Assembly (NCBI GenBank): GCA_016125475.1
Contig: WGLR01000011.1
Coordinates: 6,780 to 70,779 of the forward strand
DNA length: 64,000 nt
Source: Betaproteobacteria bacterium
GTDB lineage: Bacteria > Pseudomonadota > Gammaproteobacteria > Burkholderiales > Ga0077523
Direction of reading: 5' to 3'
Shown piece after piece: positions 50,144-61,935 of the stretch. Made by a program: the position numbers and the translations under genes. The stretch's first letter is position 1; each line of letters begins with the position of its first letter. The notes beneath the pieces are model-generated. The model was not told where the DNA came from and searched no databases. It saw nothing but the letters and a program-made list of their open reading frames with translations.

Positions 50144-51031
50144 TCAGCCGAACAGCCCCGTCGAGAGATACCGGTCGCCGCGGTCGCACACGATGGTCAC
50201 GATCACCGCGTTCTCGACCTCGCGGCTGATCTGAAGCGCCGCCCACAACGCCCCGCCGGACGAGACACCACCGAAAATGCCTTCTTCGCGCGCAAGTCGG
50301 CGAGCGGTCTCCTCCGCATCGCCCTGCGTGACCTCCACGACCTTGTCCACGCGAGTGCGATCGAAGATCTTCGGAAGGTAGGCTTCCGGCCACTTCCGGA
50401 TTCCCGGAATGCGTGAGCCTTCCGACGGCTGGCAACCCACGATCTGGACGTCGGGATTCTGCTCCTTGAGGTAACGCGAGCAACCCATGATCGTGCCGGT
50501 CGTCCCCATGCTGCTCACGAAGTGCGTGACACGTCCCTGCGTGTCCCGCCAGATCTCGGGGCCCGTTCCACGATAGTGCGCCAGCGGATTGTCCGGATTC
50601 GCGAACTGGTCGAGGATGCGCCCCTCCCCTCGCGCCTCCATTTCCAGGGCCACGTCGCGGGCCGCCTCCATGCCTCCGGTCTTCGGCGTGAGCACGAAAG
50701 CAGCGCCGTAAGCCGCCATCGTCTGGCGGCGTTCGACCGAGAGATCCTCCGGCATCACGAGCACCATCCTGTACCCGCGCATCGCGGCGACCATTGCGAG
50801 CGCGATCCCGGTGTTGCCGCTCGTGGGCTCGATCAGCGTGTCCCCCGGCCTGATTTCTCCGCGCGCCTCTGCACCAAGGATCATCGAGAGCGCCGGACGA
50901 TCCTTCACCGACCCCGCCGGATTGTTGCCCTCGAGCTTGGCCAGTACTGCATTCGTCGACACGCCCGGCATGCGCTTCAACCGCACGAGCGGTGTGTTGC
51001 CGACAAAATCGTCCAGGAACGCGTCAGTCAT
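50144..51031 (-). CDS. cysM: cysteine synthase B-like (PLP-dependent O-acetylserine sulfhydrylase)
   Basis: [11 protein letters not shown] (PLP lysine), [11 protein letters not shown] and GTTGT motifs. 295 aa. Confidence 0.9.
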   Translation of the reverse strand: MTDAFLDDFVGNTPLVRLKRMPGVSTNAVLAKLEGNNPAGSVKDRPALSMILGAEARGEIRPGDTLIEPTSGNTGIALAMVAAMRGYRMVLVMPEDLSVERRQTMAAYGAAFVLTPKTGGMEAARDVALEMEARGEGRILDQFANPDNPLAHYRGTGPEIWRDTQGRVTHFVSSMGTTGTIMGCSRYLKEQNPDVQIVGCQPSEGSRIPGIRKWPEAYLPKIFDRTRVDKVVEVTQGDAEETARRLAREEGIFGGVSSGGALWAALQISREVENAVIVTIVCDRGDRYLSTGLFG

Positions 51032-52023
51032 CCCATGTTCTCCAGCAACCAGTCCACATAACGCGAGACGCCCTGCTCGACGGTCAGGAACGGTGCTTCG
51101 TAGCCGGCGTCACGCAACTGTGCGAGGTCCGCCTGGGTGTAACTCTGATACTTGTCCTTCAGGCCTTCGTGAAACCGGACGTACTCGATGACGCCGTGCG
51201 CCTGCATGTCCGCGAGGGTCATGGGATCCTTGCCTTCCGCGCGCCGCAGGGTGTTCACGGCCGTCGACGCCACTTCGTTGAACGTCTGCGCCCGGCCGGT
51301 CCCGAGATTGAAGATACCCGACACGTCGGGACGTTCGAGCAACCAGAGGTTCACGCGAACGACGTCCTCCACCGAGACGAAATCACGCCGCTGCTCGCCG
51401 GCCGAATAGCCACCGCTGCCCTCGAACAGCTTCACCGTACCCTCGGCGCGAAACTGGTTGAAGCAGTGAAAGGCAACGGAAGCCATGCGTCCCTTGTGCG
51501 CCTCTCGCGGCCCGTAGACATTGAAATAGCGCAGGCCGACGACCTGGCCCGCCAGCGTCGGACGCCGACGACGCACCACCTGGTCGGCGAGAAACTTGGA
51601 ATAGCCATACACGTTCAGCGGTCGTTCGCACGCCCGGTCTTCACGAAACACTGGCCCTGCACCGTAGACGGCGGCCGACGAGGCATAGATGAATCGCGAA
51701 CCGTTGGCCTGACACCAGTCGAGCAACGACATCGAGTACCGATAGTTGTTCTCCATCATGTACCTTCCGTCGCCGCCCATGGTGTCCGAACACGCGCCAT
51801 TGTGATACACGACCTCGAACTGGCCGTCGAACTTCCCCGCGGCCATCGCCTCGAGAAAGTCGACCTTGTCCCAGTAGTCGGCGATATCGCAATCCGCGAG
51901 GTTTCGGAACTTGTCGGCCTTGGTGAGGTTGTCCACCGCGAGGATGTCCGTGCGACCAATGGCATTGAGGCCCTTGACCAGATTGGCGCCGATGAAGCCG
52001 GCAGCTCCGGTTACCAGAATCAT
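51028..52023 (-). CDS. hldD: ADP-glyceromanno-heptose 6-epimerase
   Basis: [12 protein letters not shown] Rossmann start and overall RfaD/HldD likeness. The stop overlaps the cysM start (ATGA). Confidence 0.9.
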   Translation of the reverse strand: MILVTGAAGFIGANLVKGLNAIGRTDILAVDNLTKADKFRNLADCDIADYWDKVDFLEAMAAGKFDGQFEVVYHNGACSDTMGGDGRYMMENNYRYSMSLLDWCQANGSRFIYASSAAVYGAGPVFREDRACERPLNVYGYSKFLADQVVRRRRPTLAGQVVGLRYFNVYGPREAHKGRMASVAFHCFNQFRAEGTVKLFEGSGGYSAGEQRRDFVSVEDVVRVNLWLLERPDVSGIFNLGTGRAQTFNEVASTAVNTLRRAEGKDPMTLADMQAHGVIEYVRFHEGLKDKYQSYTQADLAQLRDAGYEAPFLTVEQGVSRYVDWLLENMG

Positions 52024-52146
52024 TCAATTCCCCTTGCTAGATGCTCGCGAACCTGCGGAGCCGACCCGCGTCGCGACGTTCGCCGATTGCTCCGCTCCGC
52101 TGCACGGCCTGCCTCGCTCCGACGCTGCAATCCAGTGGCCGGAAAC

Positions 52147-53115
52147 TCAACCCAGCGCACCGAGCAGTTCCTCCGGCGATGCAACGGCGGTACCGAGCTT
52201 GCCGACAACGACACCGGCCGCCGCATTCGCCCATCTCACGGCGTCGTCTACCGGGTATCCGGCCGCGAGCACGGCACCCAGCGTCGCGATCACGGTGTCA
52301 CCGGCTCCGCTCACGTCGAACACCTCCTTGGCCACAGTCGGAACGTGCAGCACCCCGCTCTCCCGATAGAGGGTCATGCCCTCCTCGCTCCTGGTGATGA
52401 GAAGTCCGTCGAGATCGAGCTCGCGCCGCAGGCGCTGCGCCTTGTCGGCAAGTTCAGATTCCGACGACCAGTTTCCGGCAACCTGGCGGAACTCCGAGCG
52501 ATTCGGCGTGAGGAGCGTCGCGCCACGGTATCGGGAGTAGTCGTCGCCCTTCGGGTCGACCAGCACCGGCTTTCCGATCGCCACCGCCGCCTCGATCATG
52601 CGCGCAATGTGCCGGAGCCCCCCTTTACCGTAATCGGACAGCACCACGACGTCATGCTCGGAGACACGCCGCTCGAACTCCGACAGCTTCGAGGCAAGCG
52701 ACTCCGGCCCGGGCATCGTCTCGAAATCGATTCGCAGGAGTTGCTGCTGGCGACCGATCACGCGCAGCTTGACGGTCGTGGCTATGGCACTGTCCTTCTG
52801 GAGCGTCGCGCGGATGCCGGCCTCGACGAGCATCGCTTCCACTCGCATGCCGGCCTCGTCGTCACCGACGATGCTCAGCAGTTCGACCGATGCGCCGAGG
52901 GCGTGCGCGTTCCGCGCAACGTTTGCCGCTCCCCCCAGCCGTTCCTCCGATCGCTCCACCTTCACGACCGGCACTGGCGCTTCAGGCGAAATCCGGCTCA
53001 CGTCGCCGAACCAGTAACGATCCAGCATGACGTCTCCCACGACGAGCATTCTCGCCTTGCCGATCAGCGCCAGCGTCTCGCGATCGCGGGTCGTACCCTG
53101 GTCGTCCGTGCTCAC
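52147..53115 (-). CDS. hldA: D-glycero-beta-D-manno-heptose-7-phosphate kinase (RfaE domain I type)
   Basis: [12 protein letters not shown]...[11 protein letters not shown] and C-terminal GAGDTV ribokinase-family motifs. GTG start at 53115 overlaps the ugd stop (GTGA). No adenylyltransferase domain is attached. Confidence 0.85.
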   Translation of the reverse strand: MSTDDQGTTRDRETLALIGKARMLVVGDVMLDRYWFGDVSRISPEAPVPVVKVERSEERLGGAANVARNAHALGASVELLSIVGDDEAGMRVEAMLVEAGIRATLQKDSAIATTVKLRVIGRQQQLLRIDFETMPGPESLASKLSEFERRVSEHDVVVLSDYGKGGLRHIARMIEAAVAIGKPVLVDPKGDDYSRYRGATLLTPNRSEFRQVAGNWSSESELADKAQRLRRELDLDGLLITRSEEGMTLYRESGVLHVPTVAKEVFDVSGAGDTVIATLGAVLAAGYPVDDAVRWANAAAGVVVGKLGTAVASPEELLGALG

Positions 53116-54434
53116 GGTCGTCCTATTGCGTGGTATTCCAACCCGTACGAACGCACGATCGAGGGGTCGTACATGTTGCGCCCGTCGAAGATCACCGGCG
53201 CACGCAGGCCTTCCCGAATGGATTCGAAATCCGGACTCCGGAACTCCTTCCACTCGGTGACGATGAGGAGCGCATCCGCGTCGTGAATGGCAGCCATCGG
53301 CGATGTCGCAAACGAAATGTCGTGCATGCCCGCGAACACCTTCTGCGCTTCTTCCTCTGCGACCGGATCGTAGGCGATGATCTTCGCTCCGCGCTCGATG
53401 AGCCCGCGCACGATCACCCGGCTGGGTGCCTCACGCATGTCGTCCGTGTTGGGCTTGAAGGCAAGACCCCAGAGTGCGAAGCACCGCCCGGACAGATCCG
53501 CACCGAACCTCGCCTCGACCTTATCGATGAGTCTCGATTTCTGCTGCTCGTTCACGCGTTCGACGGCCTCGAGTATGTGCAGGTTCGCGCCATACTCGTT
53601 GGCGGTCCGCTGCAGCGCCTTCACGTCCTTCGGAAAGCACGAACCGCCGTAGCCGGTGCCCGCGTAGAGGAAGTGATATCCGATGCGCGGATCCGAACCG
53701 ATGCCGCGACGAACGAGTTCGATGTCCGCATCGAGCTTCTCCGCGAGGTTCGCGAGCTCGTTCATGAACGAGATGCGGGTCGCAAGCATCGCGTTGGCGG
53801 CGTACTTGGTGAGTTCCGCCGAGCGGACGTCCATCACGATCATCCGGTCGTGATTGCGCTGAAACGGGAGGTAGAGTTCGCGCATGACCCGCGTCGCGCG
53901 CTCGTCGTCGGATCCGACGACGATCCTGTCCGGCTTGAGAAAATCGTCGATCGCCGCGCCTTCCTTCAGGAACTCCGGGTTCGACACGACCGCGAACTCG
54001 TGACTCGCGCCGCGCTTCTTCAGTTCCTCGGCGATGGCAGCCCGGACCCTGTCGGCGGTCCCGACGGGAACGGTGGACTTGTCCACGACCACACAGTAGC
54101 CGTCGAGGTGACGGCCGATGTTGCGCGCAGCCGCCACGACGTGCGAAAGGTCGGCGGATCCGTCTTCCCCGGGCGGTGTCCCGACGGCGATGAACTGCAC
54201 GCTTCCGTGACGCACGCTGTCCTCGATGTCCGTGGTGAAGCGGAGACGACCCGCCGCGCTGTTTCTCTGGATGAGTGCATCGAGGCCCGGCTCGAAAATC
54301 GGTACCCGGCCTTCGCGAAGCATGTCGATCTTGCGCGCGTCGAGGTCGAAGCACAGAACATCATTGCCCATGTCGGCGAGACACGCCCCCGAGACGAGTC
54401 CCACATAGCCGCTGCCTACCACCGTAATCTTCAT
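53112..54434 (-). CDS. ugd: UDP-glucose 6-dehydrogenase
   Basis: [14 protein letters not shown] Rossmann start and the catalytic GGSCFPKD motif. 440 aa. Confidence 0.93.
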   Translation of the reverse strand: MKITVVGSGYVGLVSGACLADMGNDVLCFDLDARKIDMLREGRVPIFEPGLDALIQRNSAAGRLRFTTDIEDSVRHGSVQFIAVGTPPGEDGSADLSHVVAAARNIGRHLDGYCVVVDKSTVPVGTADRVRAAIAEELKKRGASHEFAVVSNPEFLKEGAAIDDFLKPDRIVVGSDDERATRVMRELYLPFQRNHDRMIVMDVRSAELTKYAANAMLATRISFMNELANLAEKLDADIELVRRGIGSDPRIGYHFLYAGTGYGGSCFPKDVKALQRTANEYGANLHILEAVERVNEQQKSRLIDKVEARFGADLSGRCFALWGLAFKPNTDDMREAPSRVIVRGLIERGAKIIAYDPVAEEEAQKVFAGMHDISFATSPMAAIHDADALLIVTEWKEFRSPDFESIREGLRAPVIFDGRNMYDPSIVRSYGLEYHAIGRP

Positions 54435-55168
54435 TCGGAGGGTCCTTCTTGTCGCATCCGTGAAATTTCTGCGTTGATCGATTCGAGTGCGGACGCCGGG
54501 TCCGCAGCACGGGTGATGGGTCGTCCGATGACCAGGTAGCTCGCACCGTCCCGAATTGCGGAGCCTGGCGTGGCGACACGTACCTGGTCGTCGGTCCCCG
54601 ACCCGGCGGGCCGGATGCCGGGTGTCACGAGGAGGAATTCCGGACCGAGCCGCTCGCGCATGAGAACCACCTCACGCGCGGAACACACGACGCCGTCCAG
54701 GCCACAGTTCCGAGCAAGCGACGCCAGTCGGACCGCTGCGTCGGCAGGAGTGGGCCCGGCGAGACCGATCTGCGCCAGGTCATCGGCACCGAGGCTCGTA
54801 AGGACCGTGACACCGATCAGCAAGGGACGATGCCGTGCTCGCTGGATGGCATCTCGCGCCGCCTCCATCATTCGTGCGCCCCCGGACGCGTGCACGTTCA
54901 CCATCCACACACCCAGCTTTGCCGCAACCGCGCAGGCCTGTGCGACCGTGTTGGGAATGTCGTGAAACTTGAGATCCAGGAACACTTCGAAACCTTCCCT
55001 CTGCAGGGATTCCACCAGCGGTGGCCCCGCGCTCACGAAGAGTTCCTTCCCGACCTTCAAGCGACAGGCGCCACGCGGCAGCCTGGCCACGAAGGCAAGC
55101 GCCTCCGCGGCCGAATCGAAATCCAGTGCGACCACAACGACGGGGCCGGCCCCGGTTCCTGAAATCAT
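54431..55168 (-). CDS. pyrF: orotidine-5'-phosphate decarboxylase
   Basis: [17 protein letters not shown] and LVIGRPI motifs. The ATG at 55168 overlaps the lapB stop (ATGA). Confidence 0.9.
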   Translation of the reverse strand: MISGTGAGPVVVVALDFDSAAEALAFVARLPRGACRLKVGKELFVSAGPPLVESLQREGFEVFLDLKFHDIPNTVAQACAVAAKLGVWMVNVHASGGARMMEAARDAIQRARHRPLLIGVTVLTSLGADDLAQIGLAGPTPADAAVRLASLARNCGLDGVVCSAREVVLMRERLGPEFLLVTPGIRPAGSGTDDQVRVATPGSAIRDGASYLVIGRPITRAADPASALESINAEISRMRQEGPSE

Positions 55169-56343
55169 CCCATCGACTCCCGTTCCTCCGCTCGCCGCGG
55201 AATGTATGTCTCCCAGCCGTGGCACGCCGGACAATGCCAGTAGAACTGTCGTGCGCGGAACCCGCAATTGTCGCAGCGATACAGCGAGAGACTGCGGGAG
55301 TGCTGTTCGATCAGCCCCCGTATCAGTTCGAGATCGTGTCTGCGCTCTGCGGGAGCTTCGGAGATCTGCATTTCAATCAGTCGATTCAGCCCGATCAGCG
55401 TCGGACTCCGGCGGAGTTCCTCTCTGAGCAGTTCGTACGCGGGACCCGCTCCCTGGGACGTGAGCGTGGCCTGGAACACGGTGTTGAGAAGGTCGAGAGA
55501 CGGGTAGGTCCGGAGGTAGCCGACTAGCAGTTGAAGGCCCTGCGCCTCACGACCGAGCCGCCTGTAGGCTCCCAGAAGCTTGTCCGCCACGAGGGGCAGA
55601 TAGACCGGGTTCTGGGCCTCGATGCGGATCCATGCCTCGATCGCGGCCTCCGGATTTTCGTCCGCGAGTTCGATGTCCCCCTGGATGAGGTTCGCGCGCG
55701 TGCACCGCCGATTCACCGACAGCGCGCTTTCGATGTACTCGCGCGCCGTCTTCAATCTGTGGTGCACGAGTTCACCTGCGGCGAGCTCGCAGTAGAAGTG
55801 CGCGATGTCCCTGGCGCTGGATTCCCCGGTGATCGCATCCATCTGTCTCGACGTCTCGATCGCCTTGGGCCAGTCCTTCTCCTGCTCGTAGATCTCCAGA
55901 AGATAGCGAAGGCCCTGCTGCTCGAACGCCGTTCCGCGAAGTTTCGCGAACAACTCCTCCGCCCGGTCGAGCAAACCTGCCTTGAGATAGTCCTGCGCGA
56001 GTTCGAACAGCGCACTCAGCCGTTGCTCGGGTGCCAGATCCTCGCGATCCAGAATGTTCTGATGCATGCGGATGGCACGTTCCAGCTCACCACGACGACG
56101 AAAGAGGTTACCGAGTGCGAAGTGCAGTTCGACCGTTTCCGGCTCGACCTTGACGACTTCGATGAACGCCTCGATGGCCTTGTCCGGCTGCTCGTTCAGC
56201 AGAAAATTCAGGCCCCGGAAGTACGAGTGCGGCAGCCGCCGCGACTCCGTGACAAGCTGTTTGATGTCGATGCGGGCCGCGAACCAGCCGAGCGCGAAGA
56301 ACAGCGGCAACGCGAGCAGCCACCAGGTCTCGAACACCATCAA
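55165..56343 (-). CDS. lapB: lipopolysaccharide assembly protein LapB (YciM)
   Basis: N-terminal TM, TPR repeats and a C-terminal rubredoxin-like YRCDNCGF....WHCPACHGW. Confidence 0.92.
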   Translation of the reverse strand: MMVFETWWLLALPLFFALGWFAARIDIKQLVTESRRLPHSYFRGLNFLLNEQPDKAIEAFIEVVKVEPETVELHFALGNLFRRRGELERAIRMHQNILDREDLAPEQRLSALFELAQDYLKAGLLDRAEELFAKLRGTAFEQQGLRYLLEIYEQEKDWPKAIETSRQMDAITGESSARDIAHFYCELAAGELVHHRLKTAREYIESALSVNRRCTRANLIQGDIELADENPEAAIEAWIRIEAQNPVYLPLVADKLLGAYRRLGREAQGLQLLVGYLRTYPSLDLLNTVFQATLTSQGAGPAYELLREELRRSPTLIGLNRLIEMQISEAPAERRHDLELIRGLIEQHSRSLSLYRCDNCGFRARQFYWHCPACHGWETYIPRRAEERESMG

Positions 56344-56515
56344 CCGACTCCGGAAGGGCCTGCGGTCCTCACGACCGCCTCGTGGTCATTCGTCGTGCCG
56401 CTCGCCTGCCGATGTCGGCCGGTCGATGACACGGGGCACACGCGGAAAAGCGCCTCATGCTCCGGCCTCAGCGCCCCGGGAATGCACGCGCTGGTAGTGG
56501 ACGGAGTAAATGGCG

Positions 56516-56797
56516 TCACGACTCGTCCGGGGAACCGGAAGATCCGGGGCTCCGCCGGAGCTCCAGCTGCCTGCGCAGACCTGCGATTTCCCGGCGCTGG
56601 CGAATGATGTGACCGAGGGTGCCGAAGATCCCTGCAGCGGCCCCCAGGGCGAACACCGCGAGGAGCACCACGACAAGAGGTGCCTGCCACGAGGAACCGA
56701 AGTAATACCTCACCGTGACCGGTGATGTGTTCTTGAGCGCGAATCCGAGCAGTGCCGCGAAAAGCAGCACCTTCAGGACCCAGCCGATCACTCGCAT
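56516..56797 (-). CDS. lapA: LapA-family (DUF1049) inner-membrane protein
   Basis: 93 aa, two TM helices, then a basic coiled segment. Lies between ihfB and lapB as in many proteobacteria. Confidence 0.8.
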   Translation of the reverse strand: MRVIGWVLKVLLFAALLGFALKNTSPVTVRYYFGSSWQAPLVVVLLAVFALGAAAGIFGTLGHIIRQRREIAGLRRQLELRRSPGSSGSPDES

Positions 56798-56828
56798 TCA
56801 GCGCTCTCGAACGTCGAAGCCTCCCCGA

Positions 56829-57218
56829 TCAGGAGGCCGAGGGGGACGGTACCACCTGAGCCGTGGTAGCGCCCCCCCCAGGAGATGCGTTGTCTCCGGA
56901 AAGGGCCATGCCCTCCCCGGACGCAGATGGATGACTGTTGCGGACGTCCACCCTTTCCCGCAATTCCTTTCCCGCCTTGAAATGAGGCACGTACTTCGCC
57001 GGCACATGAACCTTCTCGCCCGACTTCGGATTGCGCCCGACGCGCGGGGGGCGGTAGTTGAGACCGAAGCTTCCGAAGCCCCGGATCTCTATCCGCTCCC
57101 CCTGCGACAGACTCTTCGCCATGGCGTCGAGGATCATCTTTACCGCCAGCTCGGCATCGGCCGCACCCAGTTGCGGGAAGTGCGCCGCCAGCTTGGCGAT
57201 GAGTTCCGACTTTGTCAT
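56829..57218 (-). CDS. ihfB: integration host factor subunit beta, with ~35-aa low-complexity C-terminal tail
   Basis: MTKSELI...[10 protein letters not shown]....[23 protein letters not shown] is canonical IHF-beta. The tail is Ser/Pro/Gly/Ala-rich. Confidence 0.92.
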   Translation of the reverse strand: MTKSELIAKLAAHFPQLGAADAELAVKMILDAMAKSLSQGERIEIRGFGSFGLNYRPPRVGRNPKSGEKVHVPAKYVPHFKAGKELRERVDVRNSHPSASGEGMALSGDNASPGGGATTAQVVPSPSAS

Positions 57219-57227
57219 TGCACCCCC

Positions 57228-58946
57228 TTATTGGGCGGCGTTCTTGTTGTCCAGCTTGGCCTTGAGCAGAGCACCGAGATTCGTCGTACCCGCATTGGAC
57301 GGGCTCTCGGAGGCAACGCGCTGAATGGCTTCGGACTCGTCGGCGAGGTCCTTGGCCTTGATCGAGAGATTGATCGTGCGGTTCTTCCGATCGATGTTGA
57401 TGATCATGGCGTTCACGCGGTCGCCTTCCTTGAGATGGGTGCGGATGTCCTCGACCCGGTCGCGGGAAACCTCGGATGCGCGCAGATAACCCTCGACCTC
57501 ACCTTCGAGAGACACGACCGCCCCTTTCGGGTCGATCGACTTGACCGTACCTTCCACGACGGAGTTCTTGTCGTGCGCGGAGACGTAATTCGTGAACGGA
57601 TCTCCTTCGAGCTGCTTGATGCCGAGCGAGATGCGCTCGCGCTCGACGTCGATGCCGAGAACGACCGCCTCCACTTCCTCCCCCTTCTTGTAATTGCGAA
57701 CGGCCTCTTCTCCGGGAACGTTCCACGAGAGATCCGAGAGATGGACAAGGCCGTCGATGCCACCGGGCAATCCGATGAACACACCGAAATCGGTGATCGA
57801 CTTGATCTGGCCACGCACCCGGTCGCCCTTCTTGTAGTTGGCGGAAAAGTCTTCCCACGGATTCGCCATGCACTGCTTCATGCCGAGGGAAATACGACGA
57901 CGGTCTTCGTCGATCTCGAGGATCATCACCTCGACCTCGTCGCCGAGCTGGACGACCTTCGAGGGGTGGACGTTCTTGTTGGTCCAGTCCATCTCGGACA
58001 CGTGCACCAGGCCTTCGATTCCGGACTCGATCTCCACGAACGCACCGTAGTCCGTGAGGTTCGTGACCTTGCCGAACAGTCGCGTCCCGGTCGGGTAACG
58101 GCGTCCGAGACCCACCCACGGATCTTCGCCAAGCTGCTTGAGGCCGAGCGAGACACGATTCTTCTCCTGGTCGAACTTGAGGACTTTCGCCTCGAGTTCG
58201 TCGCCGACGGCGAGGACCTCAGTGGGATGCTTCACACGGCGCCAGGCGAGGTCGGTGATGTGCAGGAGGCCGTCGATACCGCCCAGGTCCACGAACGCAC
58301 CGTAGTCGGTGATGTTCTTGACGATCCCCTTGACGACGGCGCCTTCCTGCAGCGTCTCGAGGAGCTTCTGACGCTCCTCGCCCTGGGTGGCCTCGACCAC
58401 GGCACGGCGAGAGACCACGACGTTGTTGCGCTTGCGATCGAGCTTGATGACCTTGAAGTCGAGCTGTTTGCCCTCGTACGGAGAGGTGTCCTTCACGGGA
58501 CGCGTATCCACGAGAGAGCCCGGCAGGAATGCGCGGATGCCGTTGATCATGACGGTCAGCCCGCCTTTCACCTTGCCGGTAATGAGACCCTGAACGAGGG
58601 TGCCATCCTCGAGCGCCTGCTCGAGCTGTGTCCATGCCGCCAGACGCTTGGCCTTGTCACGCGACAGGCGCGTCTCGCCGTAACCGTCCTCGAGAGCCTC
58701 GATCGCCACGGACACGAAGTCGCCCGACTTGACTTCGACTTCACCGCGGTCGTTGCGGAACTCCTCGATGGGAATGAAGCTCTCGGATTTCAGGCCTGCG
58801 TTCACGACGACGTGATTCGCATCCACCCTCACCACTTCGGCGGTGATCACCTCCCCGGTTCGCATCTCCTGACGAGTCAGGCTCTCCTCGAACATGGCGG
58901 CGAAGGTTTCAACGGGGGAAGTGGCAGGTTGGGTTGAGGTAGTCAT
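57228..58946 (-). CDS. rpsA: 30S ribosomal protein S1
   Basis: Six S1 repeats. [10 protein letters not shown]-terminus. 572 aa. Confidence 0.96.
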   Translation of the reverse strand: MTTSTQPATSPVETFAAMFEESLTRQEMRTGEVITAEVVRVDANHVVVNAGLKSESFIPIEEFRNDRGEVEVKSGDFVSVAIEALEDGYGETRLSRDKAKRLAAWTQLEQALEDGTLVQGLITGKVKGGLTVMINGIRAFLPGSLVDTRPVKDTSPYEGKQLDFKVIKLDRKRNNVVVSRRAVVEATQGEERQKLLETLQEGAVVKGIVKNITDYGAFVDLGGIDGLLHITDLAWRRVKHPTEVLAVGDELEAKVLKFDQEKNRVSLGLKQLGEDPWVGLGRRYPTGTRLFGKVTNLTDYGAFVEIESGIEGLVHVSEMDWTNKNVHPSKVVQLGDEVEVMILEIDEDRRRISLGMKQCMANPWEDFSANYKKGDRVRGQIKSITDFGVFIGLPGGIDGLVHLSDLSWNVPGEEAVRNYKKGEEVEAVVLGIDVERERISLGIKQLEGDPFTNYVSAHDKNSVVEGTVKSIDPKGAVVSLEGEVEGYLRASEVSRDRVEDIRTHLKEGDRVNAMIINIDRKNRTINLSIKAKDLADESEAIQRVASESPSNAGTTNLGALLKAKLDNKNAAQ

Positions 58947-59071
58947 AGGTAAGGTTGATGGAAGTAAGCCCTGGCCGGACTGGCTGTATCCGCCAGGAAA
59001 TTTAAGAAGAACAAAGCCGGTCGCAAGCCGCCCTTCCGGACGCGCGAGCTGTCACCGACATCCAGGTTGCC

Positions 59072-61045
59072 TTAGTGGCAAGTGCGCGACCGAAACCAGC
59101 CCAGAATCCTGTCTCGCACCTCCTCCGGGCTCAGACCGCTACTGTCCAGCACGAGCGAGTCACCCGATTGCATCATTGGCGCAACGGGCCGCGTACTGTC
59201 ACGCGAATCCCGATCGGCAATTTCCTGCAGAAGGCTTGCAAGGCTAGCATGCATTCCTTTTTCTATCAACTGTTTATGGCGGCGACGAGCCCGTTCCTCG
59301 GCACTGGCCGTCAGATAGACCTTCAGGACGGCCTCCGGGAACACCACGCGCCCCATGTCACGGCCCTCGGCGACGAGTCCGGGCAACGCCCGGAAGGATC
59401 GCTGGTGCCACATGAGCAGCGCCCGCACGCGCGGCAGGGTCGCGACGGCGGAGGCAGCGCGGGATACGCGCTCGTCCCGGATCTCGCCAGTCACGTCCTC
59501 TCCGTCCAGAAGCAGGCGGTGGTCTTCCATGGCGATGGAACACGCCTCACCCACTCCCATCACCGCAGCTTCGTCGTCCAGGTTCACGCCCTTGCGCAGC
59601 GCAGCAAGGCCCATCGCACGATAAAGCGCTCCGCTGTCCAGATACCGGAATCCGAGCGCGTCCGCGACGAGGCGCGCGACGGTGCCCTTCCCCGATGCGG
59701 CGGGTCCGTCGATCGCTATGACAGGAACCTCGGCCTGCTGTGTGACCGCCGACAGCCGCTGGAAGAAATCGGGAAAGGTCTTTGCAACGCATCCGGGGTC
59801 CAGGATGCGAAGCGGCACGCCACCGAGCGTCGCGAGCGCGAGGCACATGGCCATCCGGTGATCGTCGTAGGTTTCGATCACGCCCGAACGCAGCCGACCG
59901 GGCGGCGTGACCACGAGCTGGTCGGCCCCTTCCTCGACGGTCGCCCCCACTTTCCGCAGTTCGTTGGCCATCGCGGCCAGACGGTCGGTTTCCTTCACCC
60001 GCCAGCTCGCGATATTGCGCAACGTGCAGGGACCGTCCGCGAACAGTGCGAGAACGGCAAGCGTCATGGCGGCATCCGGGATGTGGTTGAGATCCAGATC
60101 GAATGCGCGAGGCCTCTGCCCTTCCGAGGGGCCGGAAGCTTCGATCCAGTTTTTGCCCCACGTCACGACCCCGCCGACAGACTCGAGTGCGTCGGCGAAC
60201 CGCACGTCGCCCTGGATGCTCGCGCGCCCGACCCCTTCCACGCGCACGGGTCCGCCCCCGATCACGCCGGCCGCGAGAAAGTAGGATGCGCCCGATGCGT
60301 CGCCTTCCACGTGAATGCTGCCCGGGCTGCGGTAACGGTTCTGCCCCGAGAGCCGGAAGCGCGTCCAGTCCGTCCGCTCGACATCGACCCCGAACCGCGC
60401 CATCAGATTCAGCGTGATGTCGACGTAAGGCCTGGAGATGAGCTCGCCCTCCACCACCATCTCGACCGGCTGCGCCAGCAGCGGCATCGCGAGCAGCAGA
60501 GACGTCAGGAACTGGCTGGATACATCACCCCGCACGCGCACCGGCGCCGTGACGCTGATGCGCCCGGCCCCGATACGTAACGGCGGATAGCCTTCGTTGG
60601 CGGTACAGGCAATGTCCGCCCCGAGGGCGCGCAACGCATTCACGAGATCACCGATGGGTCGCTCGTGCATGCGCGCGACACCGGAAAGCACGAAGGAACC
60701 GCCGGAAAGCGCCAGTACCGCTGTAAGCGGCCGGATCGCGGTGCCCGCGTTGCCGAGGAAGAGATCCGCCGAACGCTGCGGAAATTTCCCGCCGCAGCCG
60801 TGTACCGTGAGCCGTCCCGATGCAAGGTCGCCCTCGACCTTCACGCCCAGCGCGACCAGTGCCTCGAGCATCCGCCTCGTGTCATCGGAGTCCAGCAAGT
60901 CGTGGATGTCAGTCGACCCCTCGCTCAATGCGGCGAGCAGCAACGTCCGGTTCGAGATGCTCTTGGACCCGGGAAGCCGCACGGTTCCACGGGCGCCCGA
61001 CAACGGTGGCAGGTCGAGGAATTCGGGAAAGTCGCCCCGGGACAT
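59072..61045 (-). CDS. aroA: bifunctional 3-phosphoshikimate 1-carboxyvinyltransferase / cytidylate kinase
   Basis: N-terminal EPSP synthase ([17 protein letters not shown]) joined in frame to a C-terminal Cmk ([14 protein letters not shown]-loop). One uninterrupted 657-aa ORF. Confidence 0.9.
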   Translation of the reverse strand: MSRGDFPEFLDLPPLSGARGTVRLPGSKSISNRTLLLAALSEGSTDIHDLLDSDDTRRMLEALVALGVKVEGDLASGRLTVHGCGGKFPQRSADLFLGNAGTAIRPLTAVLALSGGSFVLSGVARMHERPIGDLVNALRALGADIACTANEGYPPLRIGAGRISVTAPVRVRGDVSSQFLTSLLLAMPLLAQPVEMVVEGELISRPYVDITLNLMARFGVDVERTDWTRFRLSGQNRYRSPGSIHVEGDASGASYFLAAGVIGGGPVRVEGVGRASIQGDVRFADALESVGGVVTWGKNWIEASGPSEGQRPRAFDLDLNHIPDAAMTLAVLALFADGPCTLRNIASWRVKETDRLAAMANELRKVGATVEEGADQLVVTPPGRLRSGVIETYDDHRMAMCLALATLGGVPLRILDPGCVAKTFPDFFQRLSAVTQQAEVPVIAIDGPAASGKGTVARLVADALGFRYLDSGALYRAMGLAALRKGVNLDDEAAVMGVGEACSIAMEDHRLLLDGEDVTGEIRDERVSRAASAVATLPRVRALLMWHQRSFRALPGLVAEGRDMGRVVFPEAVLKVYLTASAEERARRRHKQLIEKGMHASLASLLQEIADRDSRDSTRPVAPMMQSGDSLVLDSSGLSPEEVRDRILGWFRSRTCH

Positions 61046-61923
61046 CAGCCATTCTCCTGGGTTCGAAGCCAGTCGTTCCTGGCACTGCGTGCCTGCTCGA
61101 AGGCATGCGACAGCGCAACGCCATCGCCGCGGGCAATCGCCTCTCTCAGCGCCGCAAGGGTCTCCGTGTAACGATCGATCTCGGCAACGAGCAGATCACC
61201 GTTCGCGAGCGCGATGTCGCGCCACATCTCGGGAGAACTGGACGCGATGCGCGTGAAATCGCGAAATCCGCCGGCAGCGTATCCAAGGTACAGATCCGCG
61301 TCGGAGCGCGACGCGATCATGTTCACGAGGGCGTAGGCGAGCACGTGCGGAAGATGACTCACTGCCGCGAATACGGCATCGTGCTGGGGCGCCGGCAGGC
61401 GGGACAGCTTCGCGCCGCAGGCGAGCCAGAACGCCTCGACGCGCTCCACGGCATCCGTGGCCGTTTCAGCACACGGTGTGAGGACCACGTGACGCCCGGC
61501 AAACAGGTCGGCTCGGGCCGCCTCGACCCCTGATTTTTCCGCGCCCGCGATGGGGTGTGCAGGCACGAATCGTGCGAACGCGTCGCCGAGCGCTTCGCGA
61601 GCCGCCAGGACGACATCCCGCTTCGTGCTGCCGCCGTCGGTGATGACGGTAGACGGACCGAGAGCGGGTTCCGCTTCGGCAAGGACTCGCCCGAACTGCC
61701 CCACCGGCGTCGAAACGAGCACCGCGTCGGCACCGTCCACCCCTGCACGCACGGAGTCGCACACTTCGTCCACGACACCGAGCTCGAGCGCCTTGTCCAG
61801 ATTGGCCCGACTGCGTCCGACACCCACTACCCGACCGACACTGCCATTCGCCTTCAGCGCGAGGGCACAGGAGCCCCCGATGAGACCGACCCCGATGATC
61901 GCAATCCGGTGAAACCGTTGCAC
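61045..61923 (-). CDS. tyrA: prephenate/arogenate dehydrogenase
   Basis: [12 protein letters not shown] Rossmann motif and PAHPIAG(AEKSG) catalytic block. The stop overlaps the aroA start by 1 nt. Confidence 0.88.
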   Translation of the reverse strand: MQRFHRIAIIGVGLIGGSCALALKANGSVGRVVGVGRSRANLDKALELGVVDEVCDSVRAGVDGADAVLVSTPVGQFGRVLAEAEPALGPSTVITDGGSTKRDVVLAAREALGDAFARFVPAHPIAGAEKSGVEAARADLFAGRHVVLTPCAETATDAVERVEAFWLACGAKLSRLPAPQHDAVFAAVSHLPHVLAYALVNMIASRSDADLYLGYAAGGFRDFTRIASSSPEMWRDIALANGDLLVAEIDRYTETLAALREAIARGDGVALSHAFEQARSARNDWLRTQENG

Positions 61924-61935
61924 GAACAGGGACGC

